Shown here piece by piece: positions 12,810 through 25,952 of a stretch of DNA of 60,000 nucleotides; position 1 is the stretch's first letter; the number at the start of each line of letters is the position of its first letter. Where the stretch lies: positions 6,450,001-6,510,000 of the forward strand of contig NC_087252.1 of the NCBI RefSeq assembly GCF_037042905.1, read 5' to 3'. This DNA comes from Lytechinus pictus (taxonomy: Eukaryota). The notes below the pieces were generated by a model that worked only from the letters and a program-made list of their open reading frames with translations, was not told the DNA's origin and did not search any database. Position numbers and translations under genes: made by a program.

Positions 12810-14757
12810 TTTAAGAAATTGAACTTTATAATTCTAATTCACTGGCAGTCTCTGAAGAACCAAAATGTATTGCACGTTTGGAATTTAAGTGCGTCTCCTT
12901 TATAACAAAACTTTGAAAACATGTTTGCCTGGAACTTTTTGTTTGTTTTTTCATTATAAAGTAAATACCTTCGCAATAGCTCGAAAATATACATAGCCTT
13001 TGTGATGATCCCTGGTGCATCACATGTTAAATGTCTTGTGTCAGGGGTCCCAATGTTTCTTTAATAGGTTGTGATGGGGGTGGGGCTAGACCCATCATTT
13101 TTCTTCCCCAAATCGTCATTCTAAAAAGCGTATTAAGGGAGCGTTGATTTGTATAATAAAAAATCCTCACATGAAATCTGAGTTAATATTAACATAAATT
13201 CTAGCGCAGTTAATATGACGACACATTGTTAACTTCGGGGGGGGGGGGGGGGGTTGAGGGATCACCATGCCGAAATATGCTTTCACTCTTTCGGTATGTT
13301 CGGCGTCTTCTAGTTTTCATCAAAATATGGGTTTTCCACTTCAAAGGCCGTTTTCGTTTTTCGAGGGTATGCTAATTACAAACTCTGTCTTCGACGAAGT
13401 AGGATTTAAACACCACTCAATTACATTGGCTGGTATGAATACGACGGGTTGTACACCATTCAGGGTACTTATCGATGAAAGGGTGCAAGTTTTACTTCCC
13501 CATTTATCTAGGGTATGTGGGCGCGTATAGCACAATATGAGTGACCACCCCACCCCGCCCCTCTGGAACTTCTACTCCACTTAACTGTCTGTGTCTGGTA
13601 CATTCTTTTTTAAAGCATGCTTCCCGCGGTTGAAGCATACTCCCTCCAACTGCTATTTAAATGCAAAGATTATGTTTGATGCTGTCAAAAATATAGTTTG
13701 ATATATCAGTAGAAAATTTTAATACCTTTTTTTTTTTCAGTTGATAGTCTGCACATCACAAAAGAAAAATCAACACTAAAACAACAGCTTGTCAAAAATA
13801 CTGTTCAAAAAGAATACTGACAACTACTTTATCTTCATATTACATCAAATTATACATGAATACAAAAATCTGCAAATTAATAACCGTACGTTTCCCGCGG
13901 TTGATGATTGCATTATCCCACTCACCGCTTTTAAGATACAAAGATTGACAATGTGCTTAGTACTACATCACTAGAAAATTTTGAAATATTTATTCCTTAT
14001 TTCAGTTGATAGATTGCACGCCACACAAGAATTGTGTCAATAATACAGTTCTAAAAGAATACTGAAAACCAGTATCTTCATAATAAATCAAATTATACAT
14101 GAATAAAATTATCTGCAAATAAATAGTGTAATTTTACTTTAATGTCTGAATGAGCAGCCACGATGTTGACGACAATGACTCGATTTCCAGTCGACTCAAT
14201 TAAGAAATTGAAATCTCGATTCTTAGTGCAAATTTAGCTCAAGCGACTTAATGAAAATCAATATTATATATTTCATTAGAAATTAAAACATTATCGTTGA
14301 CACCAGCTTGTCATGTATGGTTCAACGGATGTTAGTCAACACCAGTTCTCAACACCTGGACATGATCTACCGGAAATGATCAAATTTTCCGAGGTCTTTC
14401 TCAACACCAACCTTAGCAATGTTTACGGTATAGTGTTACCACAACACCAACACCTAATCATGGCCATGTGGCAACAGGAGCGGGATGCTGAAGCATCCCC
14501 AAATTTGTTCATGAGTTGCGTCTCGTTTAGGGGGTAGTCTGCAAGCACAGACGCATATTTGACACTTTAACAAATTATGCCATGTCTAGAGTGAAGACTA
14601 GATGCCAAACTCCCGGTCCTTAGTAGAGCATTGGCCTATCCACGGGTAGAGTCAACAACAGTACATGGTGAATCTAGTCTCACTACTTCAGAAACTACCA
14701 TTCTGCACTATGCGAATTGCAAAAACCCAGGGTCAGTGCCTGCAGAATATTTAGTGC

Positions 14758-15045
14758 GGGGCGTCGTAGTCTAGTGGTTATGACTCTCGTCTTTCGATCT
14801 GAGGGACGTGGGTTCGATTCCAAGCCATGGCGTGTTTTCCTTCAGCTAGAAATTTACCAACATGCTGCACTGAACCCAGGTGATGTGAGTGGGTACCTGG
14901 CAGGAATTTATTCCTTGGAACGCAGTGCGTGAAACGGCTGATCTGCTTAAAGCAAAAGAGGGTAATTAAGCTGCATTACTGTAGAGCGCTTAAAGACTTC
15001 TGAAAAAGTTAGTGTTCAGCACTGTACAGGCAAGTATAATTATTA
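14758..15045 (+). mobile_element. tRNA-derived SINE
   Basis: A box (tagtctagtgg) and B box (ggttcgattcc); body matches the copy at 38011; 3' end approximate. Confidence 0.75.
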
Positions 15046-15131
15046 CTTTTATGATCAAAAGCACTTTAATTGTGTAGTGAAATCTTTGGAAATTGTTTTT
15101 CGCGTGACATTTTTTCTTGACCATAAACACC

Positions 15132-15137
15132 TTTATT
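15132..15137 (-). promoter_or_regulatory. Candidate polyadenylation signal of the death-domain gene
   Basis: AATAAA on the minus strand about 120 nt after the stop at 15255. Confidence 0.4.
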
Positions 15138-15254
15138 CGAGAGTTCGGGAGTGGAAATCTTTTTTTTAAATGTATATATAAAATATTTCTCAGGCCACTG
15201 CACCTAACTCTCTAGTGGGGAGATTGACCTAGCTTTGTTACTTGTACATTAGGC

Positions 15255-15640
15255 CTATAGTGTTTTCTTTTGAACATCCATTAACACACTTAACATGAAA
15301 ACAATCAACATCTTCTCCCAAGTTGGATCAATAAAAACAAGTTGAGAGATATCAGTTCTCTGGACGATAGTACTGTCCACATGGGCTTGGTTGTAGGTAA
15401 GCGATCCCTCGTTGATTTTCTCTGCACCAATACACTCAGTACTCCGTAACACATCCTTATCAGGTGTGGTGTCGCCGTCATTGTCTGTTGGTGGATTGGT
15501 CAGGTCTGCAGGATGCACCCCTTCAGCGGGTTCGTTGGCTGTCTCCAAGTCCTTTGTACTACCTCGTAGGTCCATGGTACTGCATTCTGGTGATACGTTA
15601 AGTACTTGGACATCAGAACCGGATCGACCTTGTGTTAAAG
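15255..15640 (-). CDS. Death-domain gene, last coding exon (acidic low-complexity tail)
   Basis: Acceptor ttccaaacag|, phase-1 entry matching the preceding exon; open to TAG at 15257-15255. Confidence 0.75.
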
Positions 15641-15699
15641 CTGTTTGGAATTAAAGATTTTAGTAGTCTGTATCAGTTAAACAAAGAGAGTTCTATGCT

Positions 15700-15860
15700 T
15701 GTACCGTATTTGGAACCTTTAGAGGTTCCCTGAAAGGTTCTAAATTACTTCAACCGCCACTTTGGATATGTTGTTCTTTAAAAAAAATCATTTAAGTTTC
15801 TTGAGCATATACAGAACCCTTTCGGGAATCCTTTTTCTCGAGGGTTCCAAATACGGGACA
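15700..15860. mobile_element. Small MITE
   Basis: Inverted ends tgtaccgtatttggaacc and ggttccaaatacgggaca. Confidence 0.6.
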
Positions 15861-16410
15861 GATGGGTTCCGATTCAACTTTTTTTTATAAGATTGATTTA
15901 TTATATTAATCTATAAACTTTCGCTTTCACCCTGATGTCAATAGGATTAATTTGCGCCAAATGAAAGCATGGGTGCGATGAACGAATCCTGGTGCAAAGG
16001 ATAACATCATTCTTGCAGTAACCTAACCGTCATTACAAACGTATTTTCAAATAAATTAACTTGAGAGTTGATACTAAAGAGTGTTTGTGAAATATTTGTA
16101 ATGCTAATTATTTGGAACAAGTTTTCCAAAGGAGTTGATTTGCAACTCTCGTAGGAAAACGTCATTGATATCAGAATAAGATTAATTGCAGTCTTGCCTT
16201 ATTAATTGGCTATACAATCGTAAACCGATACTGCATAAATAATGAATAAAATATTTGGGATATATATATAAATATATACACACACACCCTCACACCCATA
16301 CATGTATCTTTAAAGGCCTATATTATGTGTACTCATTCTACAGAACTCTAATTATTTAACCATATATGGCTCCATAACATGAATTATTCTGAGAAAGCTC
16401 ATGTGCTTAA

Positions 16411-17007
16411 AGGGATGGTCCAGGCTGAAAGTATTTATAGCTTAATAAATAGAGTAGAATTCACTGAACAAAATGCCGAAAATTTCATCAAAATCGGATA
16501 ACAAATAACAAAGTTATTGTATTTTAAAGTTTAGCAATATTTTTTTAAAACGGTCGTCATGAATATTCATTAGGTGGGCTGATGATGTCACATCCACACT
16601 TGTTTTTTTGTATTTTATTATATTAAAGTAGGTTTATTCAAATTTTTTCCTCCAAGAACTAGAAAAATTGGATTGACATTTGACATATGATTTAGTGCAT
16701 TAGATATTCATTGCTGTAACTTATTTAATTATAAGGGAGACATATTATTCACACAAGTATGAAATAATGAAAAAGATATGAGTTTATGTAATAACATAAA
16801 AAAACGGAAAGTGGAGATGTGACATCATCAGCCCACCTAATGAATATTCATGACGACTGTTTTCACACAAAAAAATTATATTGCTAAATTTTAAACTTCA
16901 ATAACTTTATTATTTGTTATCTGACTTTGATGAAATTTTCGGCATTTTGCTTAGTGAATTCTACTCTATGTATTAAGATATAAATATTTTCAGCCCGGAC
17001 CATCCCT
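16411..17007. mobile_element. TTAA-flanked MITE (Kolobok-like AGG...CCT termini)
   Basis: TTAA|agggatggtccaggctgaaa ... tttcagcccggaccatccct|TTAA with long imperfect TIRs; relative at 39996-40564. Confidence 0.85.
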
Positions 17008-17079
17008 TTAAAAATAAATCAGTGTCATTTCGTATAAAAGCCAACACATGATGATTTATTCATTAATTTCAATGATTAC

Positions 17080-17372
17080 CTAATTCACTGAGATACCGAT
17101 CTGTAAGTTCGATCAAGTTTGCCGCCAGCATTGCCTTCCTCAACACGACTCTTTCATCGGTCCTTGAAACGCCTTTCCTCCAATGTTTCAGCATATTTCG
17201 AGTTCCATCACTAGTAACATTGTTGAACCTCACGTTGTTCTTAAGAGCTCTTTGTATGTCACCTTGTTGGATTCTTAGATGACGTCCAAGGCTTTCGATC
17301 TGACGTTCATCAATGAGGTCGTCAGCTATCCGTGTTAAGATGCATGCAAATTCGTCATCTTGGACTTCATCC
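17080..17372 (-). CDS. Death-fold domain exon 2
   Basis: Acceptor cctcttag| (phase 2), donor G|gtaatc (phase 1); IADDL..IESLGRHLRIQQGDIQR..MLKHWRK..LRKAMLAANLIELTD fits the death-domain helix pattern. Confidence 0.85.
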
Positions 17373-17894
17373 CTAAGAGGCATTTGAAACAAAACCCATA
17401 ATCAAACGTATCACGATTCGTCCGAATTCAATTGATCAAGTCACGGCACAGTTGACATGCAACAGATTTTTAAATGTCATGGCTCCATTAATACCTCAGT
17501 CACATTTCCTCTACGGCGGCCGTACGGTGAGTCGAAAATAACCATTCTAACATTGTTCGTACATATAGGTGGTTTGAATAATAATGAATAAAACGGATGT
17601 TTTCGACTCGCCCTATCTCCGCCGTAGAGCAAATGTGACTGAGGTATGACTGACGTATTAAGCCCAGGGGACTTGAACACGTAGCCGCATGCAGCGCCTG
17701 TTGGACATGTATAAAAGAACATCTTCGTAATTCCCCCCAAAGTAGATGAATAAATGAAATACGAATGAATAAATAAACAAATTAACCTGTAATTATTAAA
17801 TAAGTAATCAAAATTAAAGAATAAGGAAGTAAGATCGGAATTTTAGCTTATCGCATGTTTTTTTAATTTGTTTTTTTTACATTAATTGTCTCAC

Positions 17895-17943
17895 CGGAAG
17901 TGCAATACATCGGTCCGTCCATCTTCAAAACCTGATGAACCCT
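17895..17943 (-). CDS. 49-nt linker exon (EGSSGFEDGRTDVLHFR)
   Basis: ttcttgacag| ... |gtgaga; phase 1 to 2 joins the two death-domain exons. Confidence 0.8.
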
Positions 17944-18858
17944 CTGTCAAGAATAAGAAAAACATTTTAAAAGATTATTTGGTACGCCTGCAATATATGA
18001 TTGGATAAAACGAAATATGAAATTATACAACTCCCAAGAATGTTCTGTAATCTGATTGGTCCAAATCGAACCACATGATATTCAGCGAATTGTACTGTTG
18101 CATTCAAAATGCACTATCCTGCACCCTGACGTCAGAGTGCAGGATAGTGCGAGTTCTGGAACTTTCTAGAATTATCTAGAATTTAGATCAAATACCGGAC
18201 TCGGTCCTGCGGACCTCGGTGCGGTATATCCATTGGCTCTTCTCGCACATCGTTCATTATTTGGCCCTGCATGCACGCGCTTACGTGCATTATTGGTATA
18301 TTATATATCACACATGTAAGTTTAAGAATAACTGCGAACGTCTATGAACAATCACACTATGAACAATTTTGTTTAAACATATAAATCCTGATCGACTGTG
18401 CTTAGTGAATAGTGGACTAAGGATTCAGATTTGCTTTTAAATCGATTACGATTTCAAATAAATCATAACAATTGAACTCATAAACTCATAGCTCTATTGG
18501 CTATATCACAGCTTATCGCTGATTTCAAGTCTCTGGTTAATGATTTGACAACTGACATGACTGAAGATATTCTGATTTACATCAAATGACAGTGAAACAC
18601 ATCAAGGCATAATTCGTCTTACCATACCAGGAGCTGCTCCAGGATTTTTAAAAGAAAGGTGAGGCATTTTCGTTTAGAAACATTTTAACAAGCCCCCCCC
18701 CCCCAAAAAAAAAAAAAAAAGAGGGGGAAAACATGGAAAAGGGTCTTTAGTCCAAATTGATGGTGATTTATGTCAGGACAGATGAGACAAGCAAAAAAGG
18801 CGGCAAGGGTCTGATGAAGGCCTACCCAAACCGGGATCCGCCACTGTATCATACTTAC

Positions 18859-19154
18859 CCTCTGGAAAGTGATCTTCGGCAAGCTTCGTCAACTTGGCAG
18901 CCACAAGTGCCCTCTTCATTTCTATCCGTTCATCTTCCGGAGATACGCCTCTCCTCCATTGCTTCAGCATGCCATAGGTTCCGTCACTGGTAATCTGGTG
19001 AAACCTCATATTGGTTTTGATCGCCCTCTCAATGTCTCCTTGGATGATACCAAGCTGGCCACCAAGACTGTCAATGCTGGCATCGTCGTAAAGATAGTCG
19101 GCGATTTGCTTTAAGATTTGTGCGAAGTCATCATTTGGGGGCTCTTCTCTGAGA
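18859..19154 (-). CDS. Death-fold domain exon 1
   Basis: tttaaatcag| ... G|gtaagt; FAQILKQIADYL..IDSLGGQLGIIQGDIERA..MLKQWRRG..MKRALVAAKLTKLAE; paralogous to 17080-17372. Confidence 0.85.
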
Positions 19155-19395
19155 CTGATTTAAAAATATGATAACTAAAAACAACAACAACAATAAAAAA
19201 TTGACTTATCGAGGAGAGGCACGATACTTGTACAATATGGAGGATGGAAGTGTGCCCTTCAATTTTTCGAAGTTGTACAGGCGCCTTTGTTAGAGGGTCG
19301 CCCCCCCCCCCTCCATGGAAAAAAAAAATCTTTAAAATCGCCGTCTGTGGACATGTATCATGAAATGTGTATACAGTTGGTGCTATAGAGCTCAC

Positions 19396-19465
19396 CTTGT
19401 TTGGGAAGTGGCATCCCCGTACATTCCTCCCATTGCATTAGACATGTTCGAATACATTGACGGCT
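19396..19465 (-). CDS. 70-nt linker exon (EPSMYSNMSNAMGGMYGDATSQTS)
   Basis: gcctacag| ... AG|gtgagc; phase 1 to 2. Confidence 0.8.
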
Positions 19466-19750
19466 CTGTAGGCATAATATAAAGTGAGAAGGGGTGAATT
19501 TATTGGCATGACACCTGTTGTTAACTTTTCATGAATCACTTCCAGAATGAGCAAGCATATCTAAAAATGATTGATAGATAATCATGAAGGTGGTCGAATT
19601 TCGCTAATTTGTCAGCAAGAACAATCGACAAGAGCTCTGGAAGTCTTTCGTGATATAATCCAAATTATAACGAGTGTAAAGGAGTGTCGAAGAGTTAATA
19701 AGGAATTTAAAATAACCGCCATTTATTGAAAATGATACATATTTTCTCAC

Positions 19751-21229
19751 CATGAAGATTATCTTTCCTTGGAGACACCCATGTGATGAAGTTCTGCATC
19801 CATCGCCGTTGAGTCTTCTTTTCCCAATGCCGTATTTCACTTTCTCTTTGGATCTTGTTTCGAAGCTTCTTTGCCTCACGTTCAAGTTGCTCCATGCGCC
19901 ATGTTCGCTGCTGTCGTGTATCACGTTCCATTTTCCAGTTTGATTCCAATGAAGATATTTCCTCTTCAAATCGAGTCCTTTCTTCCTCCCACGTTCTATG
20001 GGATCTTTCTGTTTTCTTCTTGAAGGACACCACTTCGCGCTCTTTCTCTGCCACAGTCCTAATCAGAGCTTGTTCCCGAGACTCCAGTTTCTTAAGCTCT
20101 TCTTCCAAATATCGTCTTTCCTCTTCAAGTTTCAAGTTGATTTGCATCAAAGACGTTTCCCTTTCCTTCATGTCCGCTGCCAATACACGCTTGTCTTTTT
20201 CCATTTTCTCTGTATCGTGCTTATGTTCTTCTGTTAATTGTTTCATTTTTTGAGCAAGAGTTTTTACTTTGCACTCTTTCTCCTGAATTTTTCCTTGCAA
20301 TGACTTCTCACGTCGCTGCGAAGACTCTAGCTCTCGCTCCATCTTCTTCGTATCCTGCGTATGCTTTTCTGTTAATTGATCAATTTTTTGTGTAAGAGTT
20401 TTTACTTTGCGCTCTTTCTCCAGAAGTTTTCTTTGCAATGACTTTTCATGTTGCTGCAAAGACTCTAACTCTTGCTCTTTCTCCGCGTTCACAGAGGGTT
20501 GTTCTTTTTCAATTTCATCTATTCTAGCCTTGAGTTGTTCGATATTCTGTAAAAGAGTGGTCTCGTTCCGTTTTTGTTCTTCTATCTTCCTTTTGAAAGA
20601 GGCCAATTTATTCATCAATGAGTCCTTCTCGGCATCAGCCTTTTTGCTTAACTCACTCTTTTCTGTTTTCATTTTATCTATCTCATCTTTCAAAGTCTTC
20701 CCATTCTGCTCAGTACCCTTCAGTTTTGTTTTAAGGTTTAGCAACTGTTGGTCCTTTCGCCTCATCTCCTTTTCCATCACAATCCTCTCCTGCCTGCATG
20801 TCTCTATATCATTTTTGGCCCGTTTCTTATTTTCGCTCAACGATACTCCCATTTCCTTTGACTTCCCCCTCTCCTTGGAAATCTCCTTCTTTAGTCTCGC
20901 GATCTCATTTTTCATGGTATCCTGAGTAGCTTGGGATTGTTCTAACTTACTCTCTAGCTGTTTAGTGTTGTTTCTAAGGGATTCATTCTCCTGTTTTCTC
21001 TGTTCAATTTCTCTTATGAGACTGAGAGCATTGTGTTGAATCACCCTTTCCCCTTCTTGGATGCATGCGAATAGAAGCTCAAGCCATGGCAGCCGGTCCC
21101 CATCGGTGAAGTGAGCATTAGATACGGGTACTTTGTAGATGTCGTGAATTCCATGTTTCTTTAATTCAATTGTTGCTTCATTAACATTACCCCCGACGTC
21201 CGCGTAAATACCAACGAGGGGAACATCAT
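19751..21229 (-). CDS. Large exon: end of the alpha/beta region plus a ~430-aa coiled coil
   Basis: Acceptor atgtacag|, donor G|gtgaga, phase 1 to 1; open throughout; E/K/Q-rich heptads. Confidence 0.9.
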
Positions 21230-21517
21230 CTGTACATAATGAATACGAAAAGTTTCATAACAGCTAGAAATATATATATATATATATATATAAATGTGTA
21301 AAGTTATACATGTACAATAGCTTTGGCAACTCTTTTGCCTTAACCACTATATGTATCAAACTGTATCAAAGCAATAGCTTTGATCCAGCTGAAGCATGGC
21401 GGCTTGTCATTGTTCGAAACCCACCTTCACCCGACAATGGAAATTATAATTGGTATAGTGTCGAAAATCTGTCTATCTGACGGTCAAGCGGATCGGGGTC
21501 GCCCTAGCCACTAATCC

Positions 21518-21589
21518 GTCTCTGTGGTCTAGTGGTTAAGGCACCGGCGTTCAAAGCTGGGGGCCCGGGTTCGATTCCCGACAGAGACA
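21518..21589 (+). tRNA. tRNA-like cloverleaf with TCA anticodon inside an interspersed repeat (probably pseudo or SINE-related)
   Basis: GTCTCTG/CAGAGAC acceptor stem, GTCT/AGGC D stem, CCGGC/GCTGG anticodon stem with loop GTTCAAA, CCGGG-TTCGATT-CCCGA T arm, followed by TTTTTT. Confidence 0.5.
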
Positions 21590-21690
21590 TTTTTTCGGCA
21601 TCACCAATTTTTCCAAAGGGTAGATAGCTCTGGGGAACCTTGATTTAAGCTACGCCTACCACTGTTCTCTTCATCCATTTCTTTACTATA

Positions 21691-22510
21691 CAGTGCGTCC
21701 CACAAAAAACGAAACCGAGATTTATCGATGATTTATCATAACTTAATCACGAATACAATAGACAAATGACCTACCATTGTAAAGCTTAGAATCTCCTCTT
21801 TCATCTGAAATTACTTAGATTATTTCTCATTCACGCATGAGTGAGCAAAAACAATTTGAAGAGGGGATACCAAAAAGTCATTTAGCGGGCTGTATCTGGG
21901 TTTCAAAAAGAAAACCACATTATTAAAAAGTTCAATATCTGCTCTTTAATTTGATACCTCAATTACAGAAAATTGTCAAAAAATAACAAAGTTATGGTTA
22001 TTTGAAATAAGGCTTGAATTTCAATAATTTCATAAAATTAAGAGGTTCTACAGGTTAGCGTTCAAACTCACTTGACACTCCGTTTTGTTGACGATCAGCC
22101 ATGCATTAAGTCTTTTGTTAACCATGCGATAGCTTCTGTGGGAAACCGGTGAAAACACGTTTATTTAATGAAATTATGGAAATACAAGCATTGTTTCGAG
22201 GGAACATAACTTTTTTACTTCTTGACCATTTTTTGTGATTAAGGTATCAAATAAAAGAGCAGATATTGAACATTTTAGGCATGTGATTTTCTTTTTGAAA
22301 TTCAGATACCCCCCGCCAAATGAGTTTTTGGTATCCTTTCTTCAAATTGTTTTTGCTCACTCATGCGTGAATGGGGAATAATCTAAGTAATATCAGATGA
22401 AAGAGGAGATTCTAAGCTTTACATTGGTAGGTCATTTGTCTATTGTATTTGTAATTAAGTTATGATAAATCATTGCTTAATCTCGGTTTCGTTTTTTCTG
22501 GGACGCACTG
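21691..22510. mobile_element. Tc1/mariner-type MITE
   Basis: TA|cagtgcgtccca..aaaaaacgaaaccgaga ... tctcggtttcgtttttt..tgggacgcactg|TA; TIRs of several hundred bp. Confidence 0.9.
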
Positions 22511-23599
22511 TATATATATATATATATACATGTATATATATATATTTGTGTGTGTGTGAGAAATGATACATGATCAGCACCTTTGGCAACTCTTTTATTT
22601 AAATATTTTGTGAAAGAAATGGATGAAGCGAACAATGTATATATATTATAATATATATATGCGTCTGCTCTTTATTCAAAATATAGTATTTATAGAGCAG
22701 CTGAATTGGTATTGTATCTGTTCGAATAAACATTAGACACATCTGTTCGAATTACATGAATTAAGTGGAATGTAAGCGTGATAAGTATTAACAGGGGTGT
22801 TAAGATAGAGAGGGGTTTGGTGTGGGTGTGTTTTTAAGAGATATAGACTCAGACATAATATAGGGAGAGAGAAACGATAATGTAGAGAGCTAGACGCAGA
22901 CGGACTCGCAAACGTTATTAGTTTGCATTACCCGTGATTTCCAGCAGACAATAACAAATGAAAAACATTCCACCTCAAAGATCTTGACACAATGTGTTGG
23001 AAGTCGACCTTTTGGGGAAGTGTTTAAGAACTCTCAGGAGCAATGCACACATTTTTTAGTGGCTTACAGCACGTAACTGCAGAAGTACGTATATGGTTTA
23101 ACATGTACCCCCACCGAAGGCTTAAGATATAATAATATGGATATTTTAAGAGATCAAATTTGATGTTTTTCAATTCATTTGAACAACATTTTTTGTTTTG
23201 TTTTGAATAATGTTTGTATTCTGATTTCATGAACAAATAGTTACATAACATTTCAATTTAACATTTCAAATCACATATAATACTTTACATTTCATATTTT
23301 CACTTTTTTCACTAACTTAATATAATCATGAATCATATATATCTTAAAAGAAAACAATGAAATCAGTTATTATTTAAATGCTTAAACACCAATCTTCCCC
23401 TTCCCCCCTCCCTCCCCCGCCCCAACACACACACACACAACACACCACTGTTCCAGAAGATCTGCTCACACTCATCATAAATAAATCATGTTTATAAGTA
23501 CAAAACAATTCGATGAACAATTTTTAATATAACAAAATCACGGGAGAAGCATTACATATATTGAAAGTAAATAAAGACTTACAAACTTAACCTTGTCAT

Positions 23600-24828
23600 A
23601 ATTTTACCGTTTCCCATTTTTGCAAGTGCCGCCCTAATTTCCCCATTTTAAGAGCTATTTCTTTTCTTGATCCTTATATTCTAAAATACGTTTATGTATA
23701 TCGTCAATGGTTGGTAATACCCCCTCCTTTCTAAATATAAATAATATGTATTTTACCATAAAGATAATAGTATTACAACTTTTTATTCTATTTGTATTGC
23801 CTGACAGACCAACAAATATATCCCGCCAATTCAAGTCCTTTATTTCATCTAATTAAAATCGCTGTATCAAAGTTTCCCATATCCGTTTAACCTTTAAGCA
23901 AGACAAAAATATATGTGAATATGTTTCCGTTTCCCGTTTACAGTACGAACAGAGATTATCTTCAACAAATCCAAATCTAAACAAATTAACTTAAGTGCAA
24001 ATTGCCCCATGCAGTAGCTTAAATTGAAATTTTCTCTGTCTCCCAATCAATAATGTTATTCTTGGTCTAAAAAAACATTCACCAATTTCTTTCTCTGTAT
24101 AATTATAATTATTTTGTCCATCTCTTATTTGTAAATCATATGACTTTTGCAATTCTTTAATAAAATAATCATATATTTTTCTTGATGGTACCTTCTTAAA
24201 GCCAATTTTTCTCCCCAACAAAAGCAAGTTTATATTATAGTTAATTAAGTCTATCTCACAAAATTGTATCGAACCTAAATCATTTCTCCAATCACTTGGA
24301 ATTGCATGATACATTTCACCTATTGTAAACAAATGATCACTTCCCATACCAAGGTTCAAAAAGTATGCGACTGGTTTAACATGTCCATTGTCAATGATAT
24401 GTTCCACCTTAATTTAACATCGTTCTAATAAATCTTTATCAAATATCATCTTATTTTCTATATAAATATTCTTATTATTGAAAATGATTGGATTTTTAGA
24501 ACCATTAAAATGTCTTAATTATCGATCTCTTGCCAAGCATCTGGCATTTCCAAATAATACGATGGAATCTTCAACTTACTTTTTATCTTTTTCATTTCAC
24601 AATCACATAGAAAAATTAACCTTCCTCCAACTGAACTTAGGGAATAATAAAAAATAACTTCCACCCCAGATTTCTTTCTCGATACAAAAGTCTTTTTACC
24701 CACATTATACGCTGGGTTCTAACAAATATTCCAAAATTTATCATTTTAACCCCACCACAATTATAATTCTGATACATAATCTTTCTTTTAATACGATTTT
24801 TCCCTCCCCATATAAAATCAAATGATAT
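23600..24828 (-). mobile_element. Degenerate 3' fragment of a related L1/Tx1 LINE ORF2
   Basis: Translates to FDFIWGGKNRIKRKIMYQ, FQFKLLHGAI and IALKMGKLGRHLQKWE, homologous to the C-terminal part of 8285-10069; many stops and frameshifts. Confidence 0.85.
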
Positions 24829-24854
24829 GCTTCGGTAACAAGAAGAGAACTCAC

Positions 24855-24910
24855 CCGTAATTTTCTTTATTGTATCTATCCAACCGGAGTAAGATGAAAC
24901 ATTTCTAGGG
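24855..24910 (-). CDS. 56-nt exon (HPRNVSSYSGWIDTIKKIT)
   Basis: tttattacag| ... G|gtgagt; phase 2 to 1 exactly bridges 25523 and 21229. Confidence 0.8.
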
Positions 24911-25522
24911 CTGTAATAAACGCATGGTAGTGAAAAGTGTAAGAAACATGAGGACTACGATTTCGTTATAATACGAGAACAATATGCCGGAATCATGATG
25001 GTCCATGATATGACGTAATCATTTTATTTTTTATTTATTTATTTATTTATTTAAAAACAGGGAAGCCCATTCAACAATGTGTTGGTCTCCCATGGGGCCC
25101 TGTGACAGTGTACATAGCATAACATAACAGTTATAACAATTAATTTACATAGCAACATCATAACATAAGAGAGGCATAAATAAATCAGTAAATACATGTG
25201 AAGGAAATAAGGAAACATACAATTGACAATCATGACTCTTATCACATTACCCCCTCTTGTCTTTCCTACACAACGTACCATCACCCATATGTATGTATAT
25301 ATAAATATATATATATCTTAAAAGTTTCACGTATTGGCTTCAGTAATGTAACAAAATAATATTGCTGATGATAATGCTTTGATTGCCAAAAAAGTTTTTA
25401 TTATTCACTTGAATTTTCGACGGTCCTCCTTCTTCTTCAGGAGTTTACAATATATATATATATATTCCATTTTTTGTCTAATGCAAAAATAAAAACAAAA
25501 TTCGATAGAAGATATTACTCAC

Positions 25523-25586
25523 TGAACAAACAGAGCGATGCGTCCGACCTTCCTCGCAAGGTATTCAACATCTTTTGTGAATGTAC
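25523..25586 (-). CDS. 64-nt exon (GTFTKDVEYLARKVGRIALFV)
   Basis: aatgtag| ... CA|gtgagt; phase 1 to 2. Confidence 0.75.
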
Positions 25587-25952
25587 CTACATTGTATTAA
25601 TAATAACAGGAATGCAAACGCTCAATTATAGAAGCAGATTAAGAAAAAAAGAAAAGTGGATGAAACAGGGGGAGGTGAATAATTGGAAAATAGAATAAAA
25701 ACACTTTCAGATTATTTATAAAAAAAAGAAAAAAAAATCGCTCACGCTTCATTCTCACATAGTCTTGATTGGGACAAGATACCCATCCTTTTCATGATTA
25801 CAACAAGTGAATAGTGAGTCCGGTTTTAGGTCTAAACCTAAAGAAAAAAATTCCATTGAAATGAAAAATATTTTTTCAATGCTTCTTTGTTGTTTAGTTA
25901 TTAATGGTTAAGAGTCACCTTGAAATTGACTTTCAAACCTTCTTAAGAATAT

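Noticed and set aside
19752..20925. Plus-strand Ser/Phe-rich ORFs
   Set aside because: Antisense shadows of the coiled-coil exon.
21518..21589. Genuine tRNA-Sec
   Set aside because: Lacks the long variable arm and extended acceptor/D stems of tRNA-Sec and lies in a dispersed repeat.
22931..23035. Possible extra minus-strand exon of the death-domain gene
   Set aside because: Poor acceptor (GAG) and incompatible phase; 24855-24910 already bridges the flanking exons.
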